Below are positions 42,247 through 56,381 of a DNA stretch of 64,000 bases, in pieces; the first letter of the stretch is position 1; the number at the start of each line of letters is the position of its first letter. Source of the DNA: Octopus vulgaris (lineage: Eukaryota); contig OX597824.1 of NCBI GenBank assembly GCA_951406725.2, positions 13,082,001 to 13,146,000 of the forward strand. The letters are read 5' to 3'. Under the pieces are notes generated by a model. That model saw only the letters and a program-made list of their open reading frames with translations. It was not told where the DNA came from and made no database searches. The translations under genes were made by a program, and so were the position numbers.

Positions 42247-42552
42247 TTGTGTGTCTGTGTTTGTCCCCCCAACATCGCTTGACAACTGATGCTGGTTTGT
42301 CTACGTCTCCGTAACTTAGCGGTTCGGCAAAAGAGACCGATACAATAAGTACTAGGCTTACAAAGAATAAGTCCTGGGGTCGATATGCTCGACTAAAGGT
42401 GGTGCTCCAGCATGGCCACAGTCAAATATCTGAAACAAGTAAAAGAGTAAAAGCGTAAGGGCGAAATTGACTAAACTTCATGACGCTAATGTTTCTCGCG
42501 ACTTTGAATGACCCGAATATCAAATTGAATGACAAACGTACGAAAATGACTG
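40608..42552 (-). mobile_element. Tc1/IS630-superfamily DNA transposon with long (about 210 bp) TIRs, internally deleted
   Basis: Left TIR 40608-40816 matches 41873-41978 plus 42462-42552 in reverse; right end reads CAGT on the minus strand; internal ORF LLPPYLPFLN.REMA..AFK..VK resembles the LPPYSPFLNPIE DDE C-terminal motif. Confidence 0.8.
41979..42461 (+). mobile_element. SINE type B, full length, inserted in the right TIR
   Basis: Complete head, internal (TA)(TG) array and tail; TSD cgaaatt. Confidence 0.92.
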
Positions 42553-42734
42553 TTTAGCCCCCTTGTGGGCAATAAAGAAATATATATTATTGCCTCTCTA
42601 TTCGATAGTATAAAGTTTACTGTAAGCCATATCTTTATACATTTAAAATAATTACTCTAAAGTACCTTTAGTTCTCATTAAAATTTACCTTATTTATTTA
42701 TGAGGCTTCTTTAAGCCTTCAGCAATTCAGTGGT

Positions 42735-43089
42735 AGAAGCACTCCGTCGGTTACGACGATGAGGGTTCCGGTTGATCCGAATCAACGGAACAGCCTGCTC
42801 GTGAAATTAACGTGTAAGTGGCTGAGCACTCCACAGACACGTGCACCCTTAACGTAGTTCTCGGGGATATTCAGCGTGACACAGAAAGTGACAAGGCCGG
42901 CCCCTTGAAATACAAGTACAACAGAAACAGGAAGTAAGAGTGAGAGAAAGTTGTGGTGAAAGAGTACAGCCTCGTGGAGCTTTAGGTGTTTTCGCTCAAT
43001 AAACACTCACAACGCCCGGTCTGGGAATCGAAACCGCGATCCTACGACCGCGAGTCCGCTGCCCTAACCACTGGGCCATTGCGCCTCCT
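42735..43089 (-). mobile_element. SINE type C
   Basis: Match to type C with a small internal deletion; TSD agcaattcagt(g/a)gta. Confidence 0.9.
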
Positions 43090-43822
43090 CTAGCAATTCA
43101 GTAGTACGTATAAGTAAAGAAGAAAAAATTTTCAACTTTTTATTCTGCTAAATGAGTTAACCACAAACGTGATTCTCATGGACAATTTAAAATACATAAA
43201 CCTACAGTAGTTCTTTCCATCTACACACATATATGCACAAAATTATTTTAGAAACTAGCACCCCACTCTACACATAGTTATTTAGAAAGTTCAATATTTT
43301 CATCATATAAATTCCATGACACTTTAACATTTTTTCGAATAAAAACACTGTAAAAGTCAATTCATTCACAAGATACTCTGAACTATCCTAAACTATTGTT
43401 TTCAATGTGAACTTATGGCGACCTATATCGAATAAAACCTCAAATCTATTTTTTTTTTTTTACTTTCTCGACCTTCACCCAATCCTCCCCGTTCACCAAG
43501 CTTCCTTCTGACCTATCTGCTAAAACTGTTTCTTATTAACTATTTATTGTTTTATTACTTCGCGTAAAAGAAAGAAATGGCTGAAATTTTCAACAAATTG
43601 TAAAGCTCACCATACGCCCGCCATTGTTTTGGCGAAGCTTTCTTCCTTACATTACAACACTTGTATACAAACAGTTATGTAAAGATGAATGCACTAAGAA
43701 TCTATTTATGTGTTTGGATCCACCCACACATCCTCGCATATTATCTTATCTAATTGAACCCTTTGCTAAGATTTGTACAAGGAAATACACTTATATTAAC
43801 AAAATAATTGTTCTTATTTGTA

Positions 43823-44035
43823 GGTGGTGAGGTGGCAGAGTCGTTAGCACGCCGGGCGAAATGCGTAGCCGTATTTCATCTGCTGTTACGTTCTGAGTTC
43901 AAATTCCGCCGAGGTCGACTTTGCGATTAAATAAGTACCAGTTACGCACTGGGGTCGATATAATCGACTTAATCCGTTTATCTGTCCTTGTTTGTCCTCT
44001 CTGTGTTTAGCCCCTTGTGGGTAGCAAAGAAATAA
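43823..44035 (+). mobile_element. SINE type A monomer
   Basis: Head-body-tail; degenerate TSD of about 20 bp (aaa.taatt.ttctta.ttgt). Confidence 0.88.
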
Positions 44036-44139
44036 AAGTAATTATTCTTAGTTGTAAATTAATCATCCTTTTCTGAACAATGATTTTTAATATTAGAGAT
44101 TTACATTTATAGGTGAAAAAGTAATTGGGTTGTACGTCA

Positions 44140-44522
44140 TGGAAGCACTCCGTCGGTTACGACGACGAGGGTTCCGGTTGATCCGATCAACGGAACGGCC
44201 TGCTCGTGAAATTAACGTTTAAGTGGCTGAGCACTCCACAGACACGTGTACCTTAACGTAGTTCTCGGGGATATTCAGCGTGACACAGAGAGTGACAAGG
44301 CCGGCCCTTTGAAATACAGGTACAACAGAAACAGGAAGAAAGAGTGAGAGAAAGTTGTGGTGAAAGAGTACAGCAGGGATCACCACCATCCCTGCCGGAG
44401 CCTCGTGGAGCTTTTAGGTGTTTTCGCTCAATAAACACTCACAACGCCCGGTCTGGGAATCGAAACCGCGATCCTACGACCGCGAGTCCGCTGCCCTAAC
44501 CACTGGGCCATTGCGCCTCCAC
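44140..44522 (-). mobile_element. SINE type C
   Basis: Full match; TSD tgtacgtcat. Confidence 0.92.
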
Positions 44523-44839
44523 TGTACGTCATATAAGCTGGGTTTGAGAAACATTGGCTCTAATTTGTGCATCAACACCAACGTGTATAAAAGTAATAGC
44601 CTTAACATCCTAACTTCTCTTTGTCTGTTGATAGTGGATTGCTGTGTGTGCAGGATCTGTCTACACACTGCCACTAAAACAAGAATGCATTTCCATAAAA
44701 AATGCATTAAGGAAGGAAGGGAGGAAGGATGACGGCGAGATGGCAGAAACGTTAGCATGCCGGGCGAAATGCTTAGTGGGATTTCGTTTGTCGCTGTGTT
44801 CTGAGTTCAAATTCCGATTATTCAATTTCGCACTTACGC

Positions 44840-45068
44840 TTTTTTTACTCTTTTATTTGTTTCAGATATTTGAGTGTGGCCATGCTGGAACACCGCCTTT
44901 AGTCAAGCATATCGACCCCAGGACTTATTCTTTGTAAGTCTAGTACTTATTCTATCGGTCTCTTTTGCCAAACCTCTAAGTTACGGAGACGTAAACACAT
45001 CAGCATCGGTTGTCAAGCGATATTGGGAGGACAAACACAGACTCACAAACATACACACACACACACAC

Positions 45069-45109
<41 letters not shown>

Positions 45110-45271
45110 CGACGGGCTTCTTTCAGTTTCCGTCTACCAAATCGACTCAGAGGGCTTTGGTCGGCCCGAGGCTACAGTAGAAGACACTTGCCAAAGGTGC
45201 CACGCAGTAGGACTGAACCCGGAACCAGGTAGTTGGTAAGCAAGCTACTTACCACACAGCCACTCCTACGC
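44840..45271 (-). mobile_element. SINE type B
   Basis: Reverse complement of the 41979-42461 element with internal CA/TA array. Confidence 0.9.
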
Positions 45272-45335
45272 TATATATCAAAAACAAATTACAAATAATA
45301 TTTATTACATATTATTCCTTTATTGGATGAAATTT

Positions 45336-45360
45336 GTCTTACAGCTGTTTCGAGGAGTCA
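45336..45360 (-). ncRNA. 3' half of a minimal hammerhead
   Basis: CUCCUC GAAAC AGCU GUA AGAC on the minus strand; the CUGANGA half is missing. Confidence 0.35.
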
Positions 45361-45670
45361 TTATAGTTACATTACCGATAGCTTTACTCAATTGCTCTAC
45401 TGATCAATTGAGGCAAATTGAACGACCTAAGAAAATTAATGCTGCTTTCATCCGATCCATTTCACTGTTTGTTCTATATGTGTGTGTGTGTTTGTGTGTG
45501 TGAGTGTGTATGAATGTGCATGTGTTTGTCTATGTATGTTTAAATGCAAATGTTTTGCTTATTTTCCGGTAATCCTTTAAATGTTATACATGCATGTATA
45601 CATGGCTGCATGTACATAAATATACATAATTCTAATAATTGAATATTTTCATCCAGGCATGCATGTCTTT

Positions 45671-45722
<52 letters not shown>

Positions 45723-45831
45723 GTATGTATATATATATATATAAGCACATACATACATAAGTACATATTCATGTATGTATCAGTGTATTTATAAAATGTA
45801 TGTTAGCCCTGGACCCACTCAACTCGGGACC

Positions 45832-45881
<50 letters not shown>

Positions 45882-46190
45882 TATATGTATAAGCACATAC
45901 ATACATAAGTACATATTCATGTATGTATCAGTGTATATAGAAATGTATGAGCGCAGTGACGAACGCCTAACGTCAAATTGATGAAAAGGGTCAACAAGAT
46001 CCCCTATTATGGAAATGGAGCAGGTAAAGTATATTTCCTTCGCCTAAAAGGGTAACCTTTGGTACATTTGGTACAACGACCTCTGTATGTGTTTGTTTGT
46101 TTGTTTGTTTGTGTGTTTGTGTATGTGTGATTGAAACTTGCAGCATTCACAATCACGCAGGCATATATGCACACAGAAGTGTATAAGAAG

Positions 46191-46263
<73 letters not shown>

Positions 46264-46320
46264 GTATGTATGCATGGATGTGCGTGTATGTGCATACATA
46301 TACATATCTATATGCATGTA

Positions 46321-46484
<164 letters not shown>

Positions 46485-47000
46485 GATATATATGTACACG
46501 CACATATATATGTTATATAGTAGAGAGAGAGAGAGAGTGAGAGAGACCAAGCAAGAGAGTTGAAAGTGAAATAGAGTGATGGCGAAAGGCAAATAGATAG
46601 AGTGGTGCGGAAGAGGGAGAGATAGAGGAGTACATGGGGGAGATGGGGAGAGAAGGAGATAGAGGGAAAGAGAGAATGGGTGAGAGGATTTACTAGCAAT
46701 ACATACAAAATGAGAGATAATGTCTGAGGAACAAAGTCTAGAGGTATAATGGAAATACAGATGGAGATGTGTTGAGTTATGTAAGCAGTAGCGTGCAGGG
46801 GGTGGAGAGGATGATGTGAACTGGGAAGTATGGGGAGTGGATTATGATCTCAATAAAATTTGGCTCTATTCGAGGCAATGTTGGGAGAGGAGACAGGAGA
46901 TATTTAATTAGGGAAACGGTACTTCGGTGAAACACTGCCCCAATCAACGAAATTTAATTAAACTCAAGGTGAACAGATTAGAGTAAGAAGTAAGCTGCCA

Positions 47001-47047
47001 GTAAGAACGATCGATGCTTTCAGGCCGTTTTGGACACCCTCAGTAAC
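47001..47047 (-). ncRNA. Degenerate hammerhead-like motif
   Basis: CUGAGGG UGUCCAAAACGGCCU GAAAGC AUCGAUC GUUC; core imperfect, palindromic loop; in a module (46510-47190) between TA arrays. Confidence 0.3.
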
Positions 47048-47207
47048 GGGTTCTCGTAGGAACGGACAACACATTCCGAAATTTATTGTTTTTAACACAT
47101 TACGTCCAAAAGAGATGTTATCTCGGGGAATATCGCAGGAACTGGCCTAGCAATGCTGTATATAAATAGAATATGACACACAGAATATGATACTGTATAT
47201 ATGTATG

Positions 47208-47241
<34 letters not shown>

Positions 47242-47554
47242 TGTATGTATGTATGTATGTATGTATGTATGTATGCATGTATATATATATACATGTATGC
47301 ATGAATGTATGTATGTATGTATATATGTATATATATATACATATATACATGTATGCATGTATGTATATATGTGTGTATATATGTATGCATATATGCATAT
47401 ATGTATGTATGGATAGATGTATGTATGTTTATGTATATGTATGCATGTATGTATATATATGTGTCTACGTATGTATGAATGCATGCTTGTACGTATGTCT
47501 GTTTGTATGCATGTATGTATGCATGTATGTATGTATGTATGTATGTATGTATGA

Positions 47555-47613
<59 letters not shown>

Positions 47614-47614
47614 C

Positions 47615-47664
<50 letters not shown>

Positions 47665-47699
47665 TTGTCTCTCTTTCTCTCTCTCCAAATGGAGAATAA

Positions 47700-48443
47700 C
47701 GACTAGGGTGGACACTCTCAACCAGCAACTAGCCACGTGCAGAGGTGGCGAACGCGTACATCGCATCCGTCACCGAGTACCGTCTGACCGTCGTGCCTTG
47801 TCCCGACCCTACCATCAGCAAACTGGAACGCATACTGTTCCGCTGATGGTTAGGCAATCCATTTGCTGTTAACACCAGCTAAATGGAGGGCTAGGCATGC
47901 TGTGGTTGATGATGCGCAGACATGCGCTGAGACTGCGGTATCTCAGGCGCTTCATAGACGACGGTGAACAGGTGTGGTCGCCGTTTGTGCGGCGCGCTTT
48001 CTCGCAGCTCGTCTCCTTGGCCGAACTGCAGTCGTGGATCAAACAGAGACCGAGGCTAGGCGAATGGCACCGCGAGTGTCGCGTTGCTCTCAAGCAACTC
48101 TGCTGTCCGGGACCAAACTTGTGCGACTTCATTACAACAAAGGCGTTCTATAGAGGATTAGTGGAGGGGAGGTGCGACGACGTTCTCGGGCAGAATCTGG
48201 GCGTCGACGAGAAACACCTGACCCGCTTGTTCAGGATAACTTTCGGGCCGGGATCTATGGACAATCACCAAGGATCCCTGGCCTAGCAGTGCTATCGAGA
48301 AGCATTACCTGTTCGGGATAAGCTCTACAGGCACGGTTCGAGACACACCGGACCGACTTGCCCGATCAGAGCAACGAAACCATTCTGCACACACTCGTGA
48401 ATTGTCCAACCATTTTCGAACGGCTTCTGAGCATGATCCTGTA

Positions 48444-48484
<41 letters not shown>

Positions 48485-48763
48485 ATTTTGCTCTCATGTG
48501 TTTACTCCCTCTTTGCCTGAGATTACCGTGGTCTTTTCCGTAGGCTTTTCTTTCCACAGATAAACCTAATCTTGCTTCTTACATTTTAAAAATTTCTTCT
48601 GTGATACACGATCCCTTTTGATCACCTTTTTTCCGGACCCTTTTGATCGGAACTTTAATTTTTTTCCGTTATTTTCTCTTTTTCTTTTTCATTTTATACA
48701 AGAAAAGCTCTACATTTGTATTTGTCCCCTCTGTGTTCAGCCCTGTGTGGCCAATAAAGAAAG
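47700..48763 (+). mobile_element. 5'-truncated L1/Tx1-clade LINE: ORF2 C-terminus plus 3' UTR
   Basis: AEVANAYIASV, GGLGML, YREALPVRDKL, TCP..ETILHTLVNCP (CCHC-like) motifs; pyrimidine-rich 3' UTR ending aataaagaaa. Confidence 0.8.
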
Positions 48764-50189
48764 TTATCTATTTATCAATCAATCATACAATGCTGAGACA
48801 ATATTTTGTGTTTACAAATGATAATTTCACAACTACCGGCAGATCAGCAAAAGTACAAATATTCTGAATATTATAGTGTTTTTAATTTAAGTTCAAGGCC
48901 TTCAGTTTTGAAGGGAGTGGATTAACCGAGCCCATGGAGACTAGAACTTGCCAGGTACTTTATATTATCGACATGTTATAAACCGAAAGGCAAGGCGGCT
49001 AACTTCGGCATGATTCGAAACTGAGTCATAGCTAAATGGAGTTTTAGGACCATAATTAGTATTTAGCCTCTATGGTGTAAGTCTTTCTCTTTTGTTTCCA
49101 AGCTCAAACACAGATGCATATACACAAGCATACGTGTGTCCACATATGTACAGATCCACATTCACACGCACATACATATACATGCGCATACATGTACACA
49201 CGTACACAGATATACGGAAACGTGTGTGCGTAAGAGTTTATGAGCGTGTCTGCATGTGTGCGCGTGCTTATGTGTGTTCTGCGTCTGGACATGTAACTCC
49301 GTATATACCTGGTTGTATGTGTGTAGATGTATATATTTAAATTTAATAGCCATGCATGGCTATACACATTTGTGTTTCCACTTTCCTTTCTTCCTCTCTC
49401 TCTCTCTCTCTCTCTTTCCTCCTTTCTCTTTTTGTGTTTATCGTGTTTGTGCCTGTTTGACCCTCTCCCATGCAAATTAATTACATTTGGGTGAAATTGC
49501 ATTCATTTCCCGCTGGCAATTAGCTAAATCCAGATATTATTCCGATTAAACAAAAAGAACATATAAACAAAAGGTTAACCGTTCCAATAGCGATACACCG
49601 ATAACATAGTCATTACATTACATCATTCTGTAGTCACGGCTGCTTCCCACCACCTCAGATATAAACCCCTCCTACTTCCTAAGGAACAACACTGCTTCAA
49701 GCGTGTATTTTCTTACAGCACCGTCCCACTCGCTTAGGTAGAACCAATTCCTATATTCCTAACTATTCTTAACTATTCTCCGCCACCGACTTCCTTAACA
49801 TGCTTTGAGAAGCTTCCTCAGCGACAAGTCCTCCCACTTGGGCAGTTACAGGCTGTCTACCGCTTCGTAATCTACAAGACTGATTCTGCTTTCTTAGGAA
49901 CAACCATCTCCCTGCCGCTTACGTAGTTTAGCTGCAGCACTCTCCTACTTCCTTAGGTCCTACCCCTAACGATTCTTTTCTTTCTGCTTCCTTAAGTAAA
50001 AACAGCCAATCATTTCCCTTTACATATAAACCCATTGCACTTATTTAGATACGAAAGCTTATGAAGCCAGTCTTGTGTATGAAGCTATCCTACTCTCATT
50101 TTTTCCCCTTGTGTAGAAACCCGCCCTTTATTCAAATACTGCCCCCTACGCTCCGACGTCACATCCAGTCGCCAACTGTTGCTGTTGCA

Positions 50190-50266
<77 letters not shown>

Positions 50267-50271
50267 TACTT

Positions 50272-50353
<82 letters not shown>

Positions 50354-50450
50354 CACCACTACTACTACTACTTCTACTTCTACTACTACTACCACTACTA
50401 CTACTACTACCACCACAACCACCGCCGCCGCAACCACCACCACCACCACC

Positions 50451-50523
<73 letters not shown>

Positions 50524-50600
50524 ACAGGAATAACAACAACAACAGCAGAATATCAACATCAACAACAACGGCAACAACAACAACAACAATAATAATAATC
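50190..50600. repeat. (ACT)n/(ACC)n/(AAC)n compound microsatellite
   Basis: Direct; explains the poly-T/poly-V ORFs. Confidence 0.95.
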
Positions 50601-50970
50601 CTTTCTACTAAAGGTACAAGGCTTGAAATTTTGAGGGGAGGGGACTAGTCGATTACGTCGACCCCGGTGTTTATCTGGTACTTAATTTATCGACTCCCGA
50701 AGGGATGAAAGGCAAAGTCGATTTCGGCGGAATTTGAACTCAATAATACTAATGGTTTCAAATTTTGGCGCAAGGCCAACAATTTTGGGGGTGAGGGAAA
50801 GTCGATTACACCGATCCCAGTGTTCGACTGCCACATTTATTTCTATCGATCCCGAAGGGATGAAAGCTGAAGCTGAGGTAGGCGGGATTTGACCTCAGAA
50901 TGTAAAGATTCCCAAGAAATGCTGTTAAGCCTTTTGTCCGAAGTGCTAATGACTCTGCCAAATCGCCACC
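50601..50970 (-). mobile_element. Two type A SINE copies with the alternative tail
   Basis: About 50601-50741 (5'-truncated) and 50752-50970. Confidence 0.8.
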
Positions 50971-51047
50971 GTGGTAGTTGTAGCAGTAGTAGTAGTAGCA
51001 GTGGTGGTGGTGGTGGTGGTGTTAGTAGTAGTAGTAGTAGTAGCAGC

Positions 51048-51096
<49 letters not shown>

Positions 51097-51288
51097 GTTC
51101 GCTACTTCCCCTCCCCAAGCTTTCAGTCATACTGCAGCAGCTCTTATCCTGGGTGTATCTCGGCAAGTGACTAACAAACATACAGATTAAATGTAAAAAA
51201 ATAGTAGTAGTAGAAAAAGTAGTGAGAAACTGTCAAATTATAAAGATCGGGTAGCAGAGGTAACAGCATGCTTTAGGTTTGGTAAAAG

Positions 51289-51374
<86 letters not shown>

Positions 51375-51394
51375 CATGCAAAGACAAAATCCAA

Positions 51395-51595
51395 AACCCT
51401 GGGTGTACGAATATATATAGCAAAATAGCACTACTAGGCACTGCACACATCTTACGTTGAGCATTTTCAATAAAGTTACAATGATAACACCGAGACAAAC
51501 TACAGTACTTATCCAAAGCACACAGTGCTGCGCTCGGTAACGCAATGAAAGCAAGCAATAAATATAAGACTACTGAATAATAATGATTATAATTA
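51395..51595 (+). mobile_element. R4/Dong-like LINE 3' end
   Basis: KIALLGTAHILR motif, short 3' UTR, then a TAA-rich tail. Confidence 0.7.
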
Positions 51596-51854
51596 TTTTT
51601 TCATTGTTATTACTATAAATTCTCTAGATGAGGGAACATTAGAGACATGCTTCAAAGATGGTGAGCATTTACATAGAAATTCAAATTCAATAACGTGAAA
51701 AAAAATACGATAGTATACACAGCATATACACATATGAGAAAGTCCCCAGAAGGAGCTGCGTTCTAGGGTTCCTCAAGAACTCTCACATATACAAGATTAG
51801 AGTAAGTGCCCAATTCCAGCCGAGTTCTTCGGCGTACAGATATATGCTGAGTGA

Positions 51855-52090
51855 AGGCGGCGAGCTGGCAGAAACGTTAGCACGCCAGGCGAAATGCCTA
51901 CCGGCATTTCGTCTGCCGTTACGTTCTGAGTTCAAATTCCGCCGGGGTCGACTTTGCCTTTCATCCTTTCGAGGTCGATTAAATAAGTACCAGTTACGCA
52001 CTGGGGTCGATATAATCGACTTAATCCGTTTGTCTGTCCTTGTTTGTCGTCTCTGTGTTCAGCCCCTTGTGGGTAGTAAAGAAATAGGTA
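51855..52090 (+). mobile_element. SINE type A ending just past the dimer junction
   Basis: Ends gggtagtaaagaaataggta. Confidence 0.9.
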
Positions 52091-52589
52091 CATGCTGGGA
52101 GCATGGTTGTTCACTTGGCCATGTTCATCACTTGCACCCATTTTTGAATAAATTTTCTGCGAGACGGCGCTTACATTATCAGTTCTGTCTTCCTCACTAA
52201 GTGGAACTTGGAAAAAATTCCATAAAGGCTTAACAAAAGAAGAATTTGTCTCTGCTTAGTGCTCACAGATGTGTTCAGTATATTGCCGCGTTGGCTATAA
52301 CCATCAGAAAGTGGAAATCTTCCAGCCATTTGTGATGGGTGATCTTTAAGACGGACTTGATCGATAGCCGAATTTGTTCTACATGTGACAACACTGTAAC
52401 TCACACAAGCAATAATTAGCCACTTAAAGAGTGCGCGTATCTCAGATATGCCCCGGCGAAGGTACGAACTGAAACCCTGTGGAGTCCTCCCATGTTTATA
52501 GAATCACATGTCTAAACCTCCTTTCGCTCCCTTATACACAACCTTTTTATATACAAAAAAGGAGAATAAAACGAGCGCTACTTCATTAA

Positions 52590-52628
<39 letters not shown>

Positions 52629-52689
52629 GCTGCTATTGCTACTGCCACAGCTACTACTGCTACTGCTGCTGTTGTTATTGTTGTTGTTG

Positions 52690-53560
52690 TTAAGCAACAA
52701 GTCGGGTAAGGGTGATTAGGTGATGCTCTAGGGCTTTGGGGCGGGAGACTCCAGACCTTGGAAAAAAAAAACTTTGGTCGTCTTGTTGTAGTCGAGGGCT
52801 CTTCGTTGAGGCCCAACACCACTGGGAGGTGGCACTCGAAGTCACTAGAAATGGAGATCTCCAGGTCCAAATTCTTGAACGGCTGCTGCTGCTGTTGTTA
52901 CTGAATTTGAACCAATTTGAACAGGCCTCTTGAACCAGCAATATCCACCATCAAAACTCCTGGATATAACTGTCAGGTCAGAGATTTCTGGAAGTTACCC
53001 GTCATTTTCGGGCTAGAAATCATCTAGAACAGGCTGTTTAGTTGACCTCCATGACATTCAAAGTTTCCCTGAGAACGTCATAGCTTTTACCCACAGTCCC
53101 TTTAAGTAGGCACGGGCAATCTTTTCCCAGAAGCGAGTCGCATGAGGCATGGCTCATCATCAGACAAGCTGCATTAATAAAAGATACCTGAAGCTAATTT
53201 TTCACAAGGCATACTATTTAGAAATCGTGTGGACCATAAGTTGCTCATGACTGCTCTATAGCATGCCAAATTGGAATTTCTACTAGCCTCAATTATAGTG
53301 TCTGAAATCATTGAAGATGTTCTCATTTGACAAAGCACTATAACTCCGTCAAAGAGACGAGCTGTAGAAATACGATTTTAACAAAGGGTGACAATCCATG
53401 CTCAACATCTATGGATCACTTGTACATGTTGTAGCTTCTCCACGAATCTATGCTTCATCAGCTATGACATCCCGTGGAGATGCTCACATTTGGTCTGAAA
53501 ACCTGAAGAAGGCACAACATCAATCAATAATAGACGACGGAAATGATGCACACGTATGCT
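52690..53560 (-). mobile_element. Possible decayed non-LTR retroelement 3' part
   Basis: Higher-GC coding-like block ending in an (AAC)n tail on the minus strand; no decisive motif. Confidence 0.25.
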
Positions 53561-53797
53561 AATCATGCGGAAACAGAAATGGGTTGAAAGGATAGCTTCC
53601 CCACTCACTCACTCTCTCTCTTTAATACACAAACACACACAAACCCACATACCTGTGTGTCCTGTACCCATATATGCATGTATATATACATATAGATGTT
53701 GGTATGTACATATATGTATGTATATATGCATATATATATATCATTTATATTATTATATGATCGAACGCCACGCATCCCTTTTCCATATAAATTCATG

Positions 53798-53868
<71 letters not shown>

Positions 53869-54621
53869 GTATATTATATATATGTATAAATGAATATATA
53901 TACTCATATAAGAATATGCATATAACTGGATATATATATATATATATATATATACATGTTTACAGCGACATAGGTACATGCATAAATAGAGACATACGTG
54001 TGCATACATGGATACTTACATGCAATCACTTATTGTAGACTGATGCTTCTTTATCCCCTAATATAATTGAAGTACTTTACTCGTTGACAAAGAATGACAC
54101 GACTGGCTTTGGGGTATTAAATGTGACAACAAAAATGTAAAGAAGATAGCCCGAAGAGGCGACGGTATCAATAAATATTCATTCACATATATATCTTGTT
54201 ACTGGGGAATGACTGAAGAAATACAATAATGAATTTACAGCCGTATATATAAACACATACAGGTGCTCATGCATACATACATACATGCATACATAAAGGC
54301 ATACATACATGCATACATACATACATACATGCATACATAAAGGCATACATACATGCATACTTAGAAAACAAAATCTTGGTTCTTTGTTAGCGACCGGATT
54401 GAACACTATCAAGAAGAACTTAAATAGAACTCGAAGAAAAAAATAACACATACACACGCATGCACACATGCATACACACGCACACATGCATACACGCGCA
54501 CACAAACATATGTATACATGTGCATTTATATACGTATATACGCAATAATCGCACACATGTTTATTGAATGTACGTATGTATGTATATATATATACACACA
54601 CATACATAATATATATATATA

Positions 54622-54652
<31 letters not shown>

Positions 54653-54683
54653 GTATATATATATACATATATACATATATATG

Positions 54684-54716
<33 letters not shown>

Positions 54717-54729
54717 GTGTACATAAATA

Positions 54730-54782
<53 letters not shown>

Positions 54783-55210
54783 ATATATATATATCGCTAT
54801 ATATACATATCTATACACACACATATACACATATTCTTCTATGTATACGTATACTTGTGTATTGAAGAATAAATCAATAAATAACACGTCACTAACATCT
54901 TACAACTATTCCATCATGATTCCTTTTGAAAAATCGTGGTAAAAATATAAGCTTAAAAAATGAATAAGACAAAACTGGATTTCAAGAGTAAGATCCATGA
55001 GATTGAAAATATATCATTTCTGATCAACAGATAAATAAAACTATGTTGTTATCCACACGCACCAAGAAATCCCCAAAAGCGCTACGAGTGATCCTAAATC
55101 TCAGGATGACGTCATGTTGACAGAACCGCATCAGCTAAAGCCATTAATATACCTCTAACCCCAATGAGTCGTTACTGAACTTCTACAAAGCTTAATGATG
55201 TCCTATCTAT

Positions 55211-55786
55211 CTTATTTCTTTATTGCCCACATGGAGCTAAACATAGAGGGGACAAACAAGGACAGGCAAAGGGATTAAGTCGATTACACCGACCCCAGTG
55301 CGTAACTGGTACTTAATTTATCGACCCCGAAAAGATGAAAGGCAAAGTCGACCTCGGCGGAATTTGAACTCAGAACGTAACGGCAGACGAAATACCTATT
55401 TCTTTACTACCCACAAGGGGCTAAACACAGAGAGGACAAACAAGGACAGACAAACGGGTTAAATCGATTATATCGACCCGAGTGCGTAATTGGTACTTAT
55501 TTAATCGACCTCGAAAGGATGAAAGGCAAAGTCGAGCCCGTCAGACGAAATACCTATTTCTTTACTACGCACAAGGTGCTAAACATAGAGGGGACAAACA
55601 AGGACAGACAAACGGATTAAGTGGATTACGTCGGCCCCAGTGCGTAACTGGTACTTAATTTATCGATCCCGAAAGGATGAAAGGCAAAGTCGACTTCGTC
55701 GGAATTTGAACTCAGAACTTAACGGCAGACGAAATACCGCTAAGCATTTCGCCCGGCGAGCTAAAGTTTCTGCCAGCTCGCCGCCT

Positions 55787-55787
<1 letters not shown>
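55211..55787 (-). mobile_element. SINE type A trimer in (ATCT)n
   Basis: One head and three body-tail units with cctatttcttta junctions near 55395 and 55553. Confidence 0.9.
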
Positions 55788-55845
<58 letters not shown>

Positions 55846-56381
55846 CCATCACCCATCTCCCTCCTTCTCTCTTCCTCTCTAGCTGCTATACACATGTTCA
55901 TCCTTGCTCTTGCTGCTATACACACATGCATCCCTGATTATAAGTAAACGAATGTCATTTGACTGTTTGTTGAAGACTCACTTCCTTTACGTATTTCCTG
56001 CAAATAATAAGAGCCTCGCTCCTTCTTCCAGAGAGTTAGCAAAATACGAAAAGCAAAGAACATTGATAAAAGCAAGAACAACACAAAACAAAAACAACAC
56101 AAGAACTAAAACAAAACAAACAAAATACAGTATCCATCATACCCTAATACATCTAATGTAACGCATCTCTGTAGTTTTCAATGATAAAGTTATATACCTA
56201 TTGTAATACAATAATGCATTCTCCATTAACATGATATATTTGGCACATTAATACAGTCAGCAATGATAACATACACACATACGTTCACACACACACACAT
56301 ACATGTGTGCGTGTATAAACATAATTAATACGGGTGGCTTGTAAGCAATTTTTCAACCGAAAGGCAAGGCAAAATTATATA

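Noticed and set aside
45975-46025. UUGAUGA...hairpin...GAAA hammerhead-like string
   Set aside because: Hairpin not adjacent to GAAA and no stem I/III pairing
50061-50648. Mucin-like poly-threonine ORF
   Set aside because: ACT/ACC repeat that runs into a SINE; no splice or domain support
53420-53465. Hammerhead-like CUGAUGA AGC...GCU on the minus strand
   Set aside because: GAAA and cleavage triplet absent; consistent with chance
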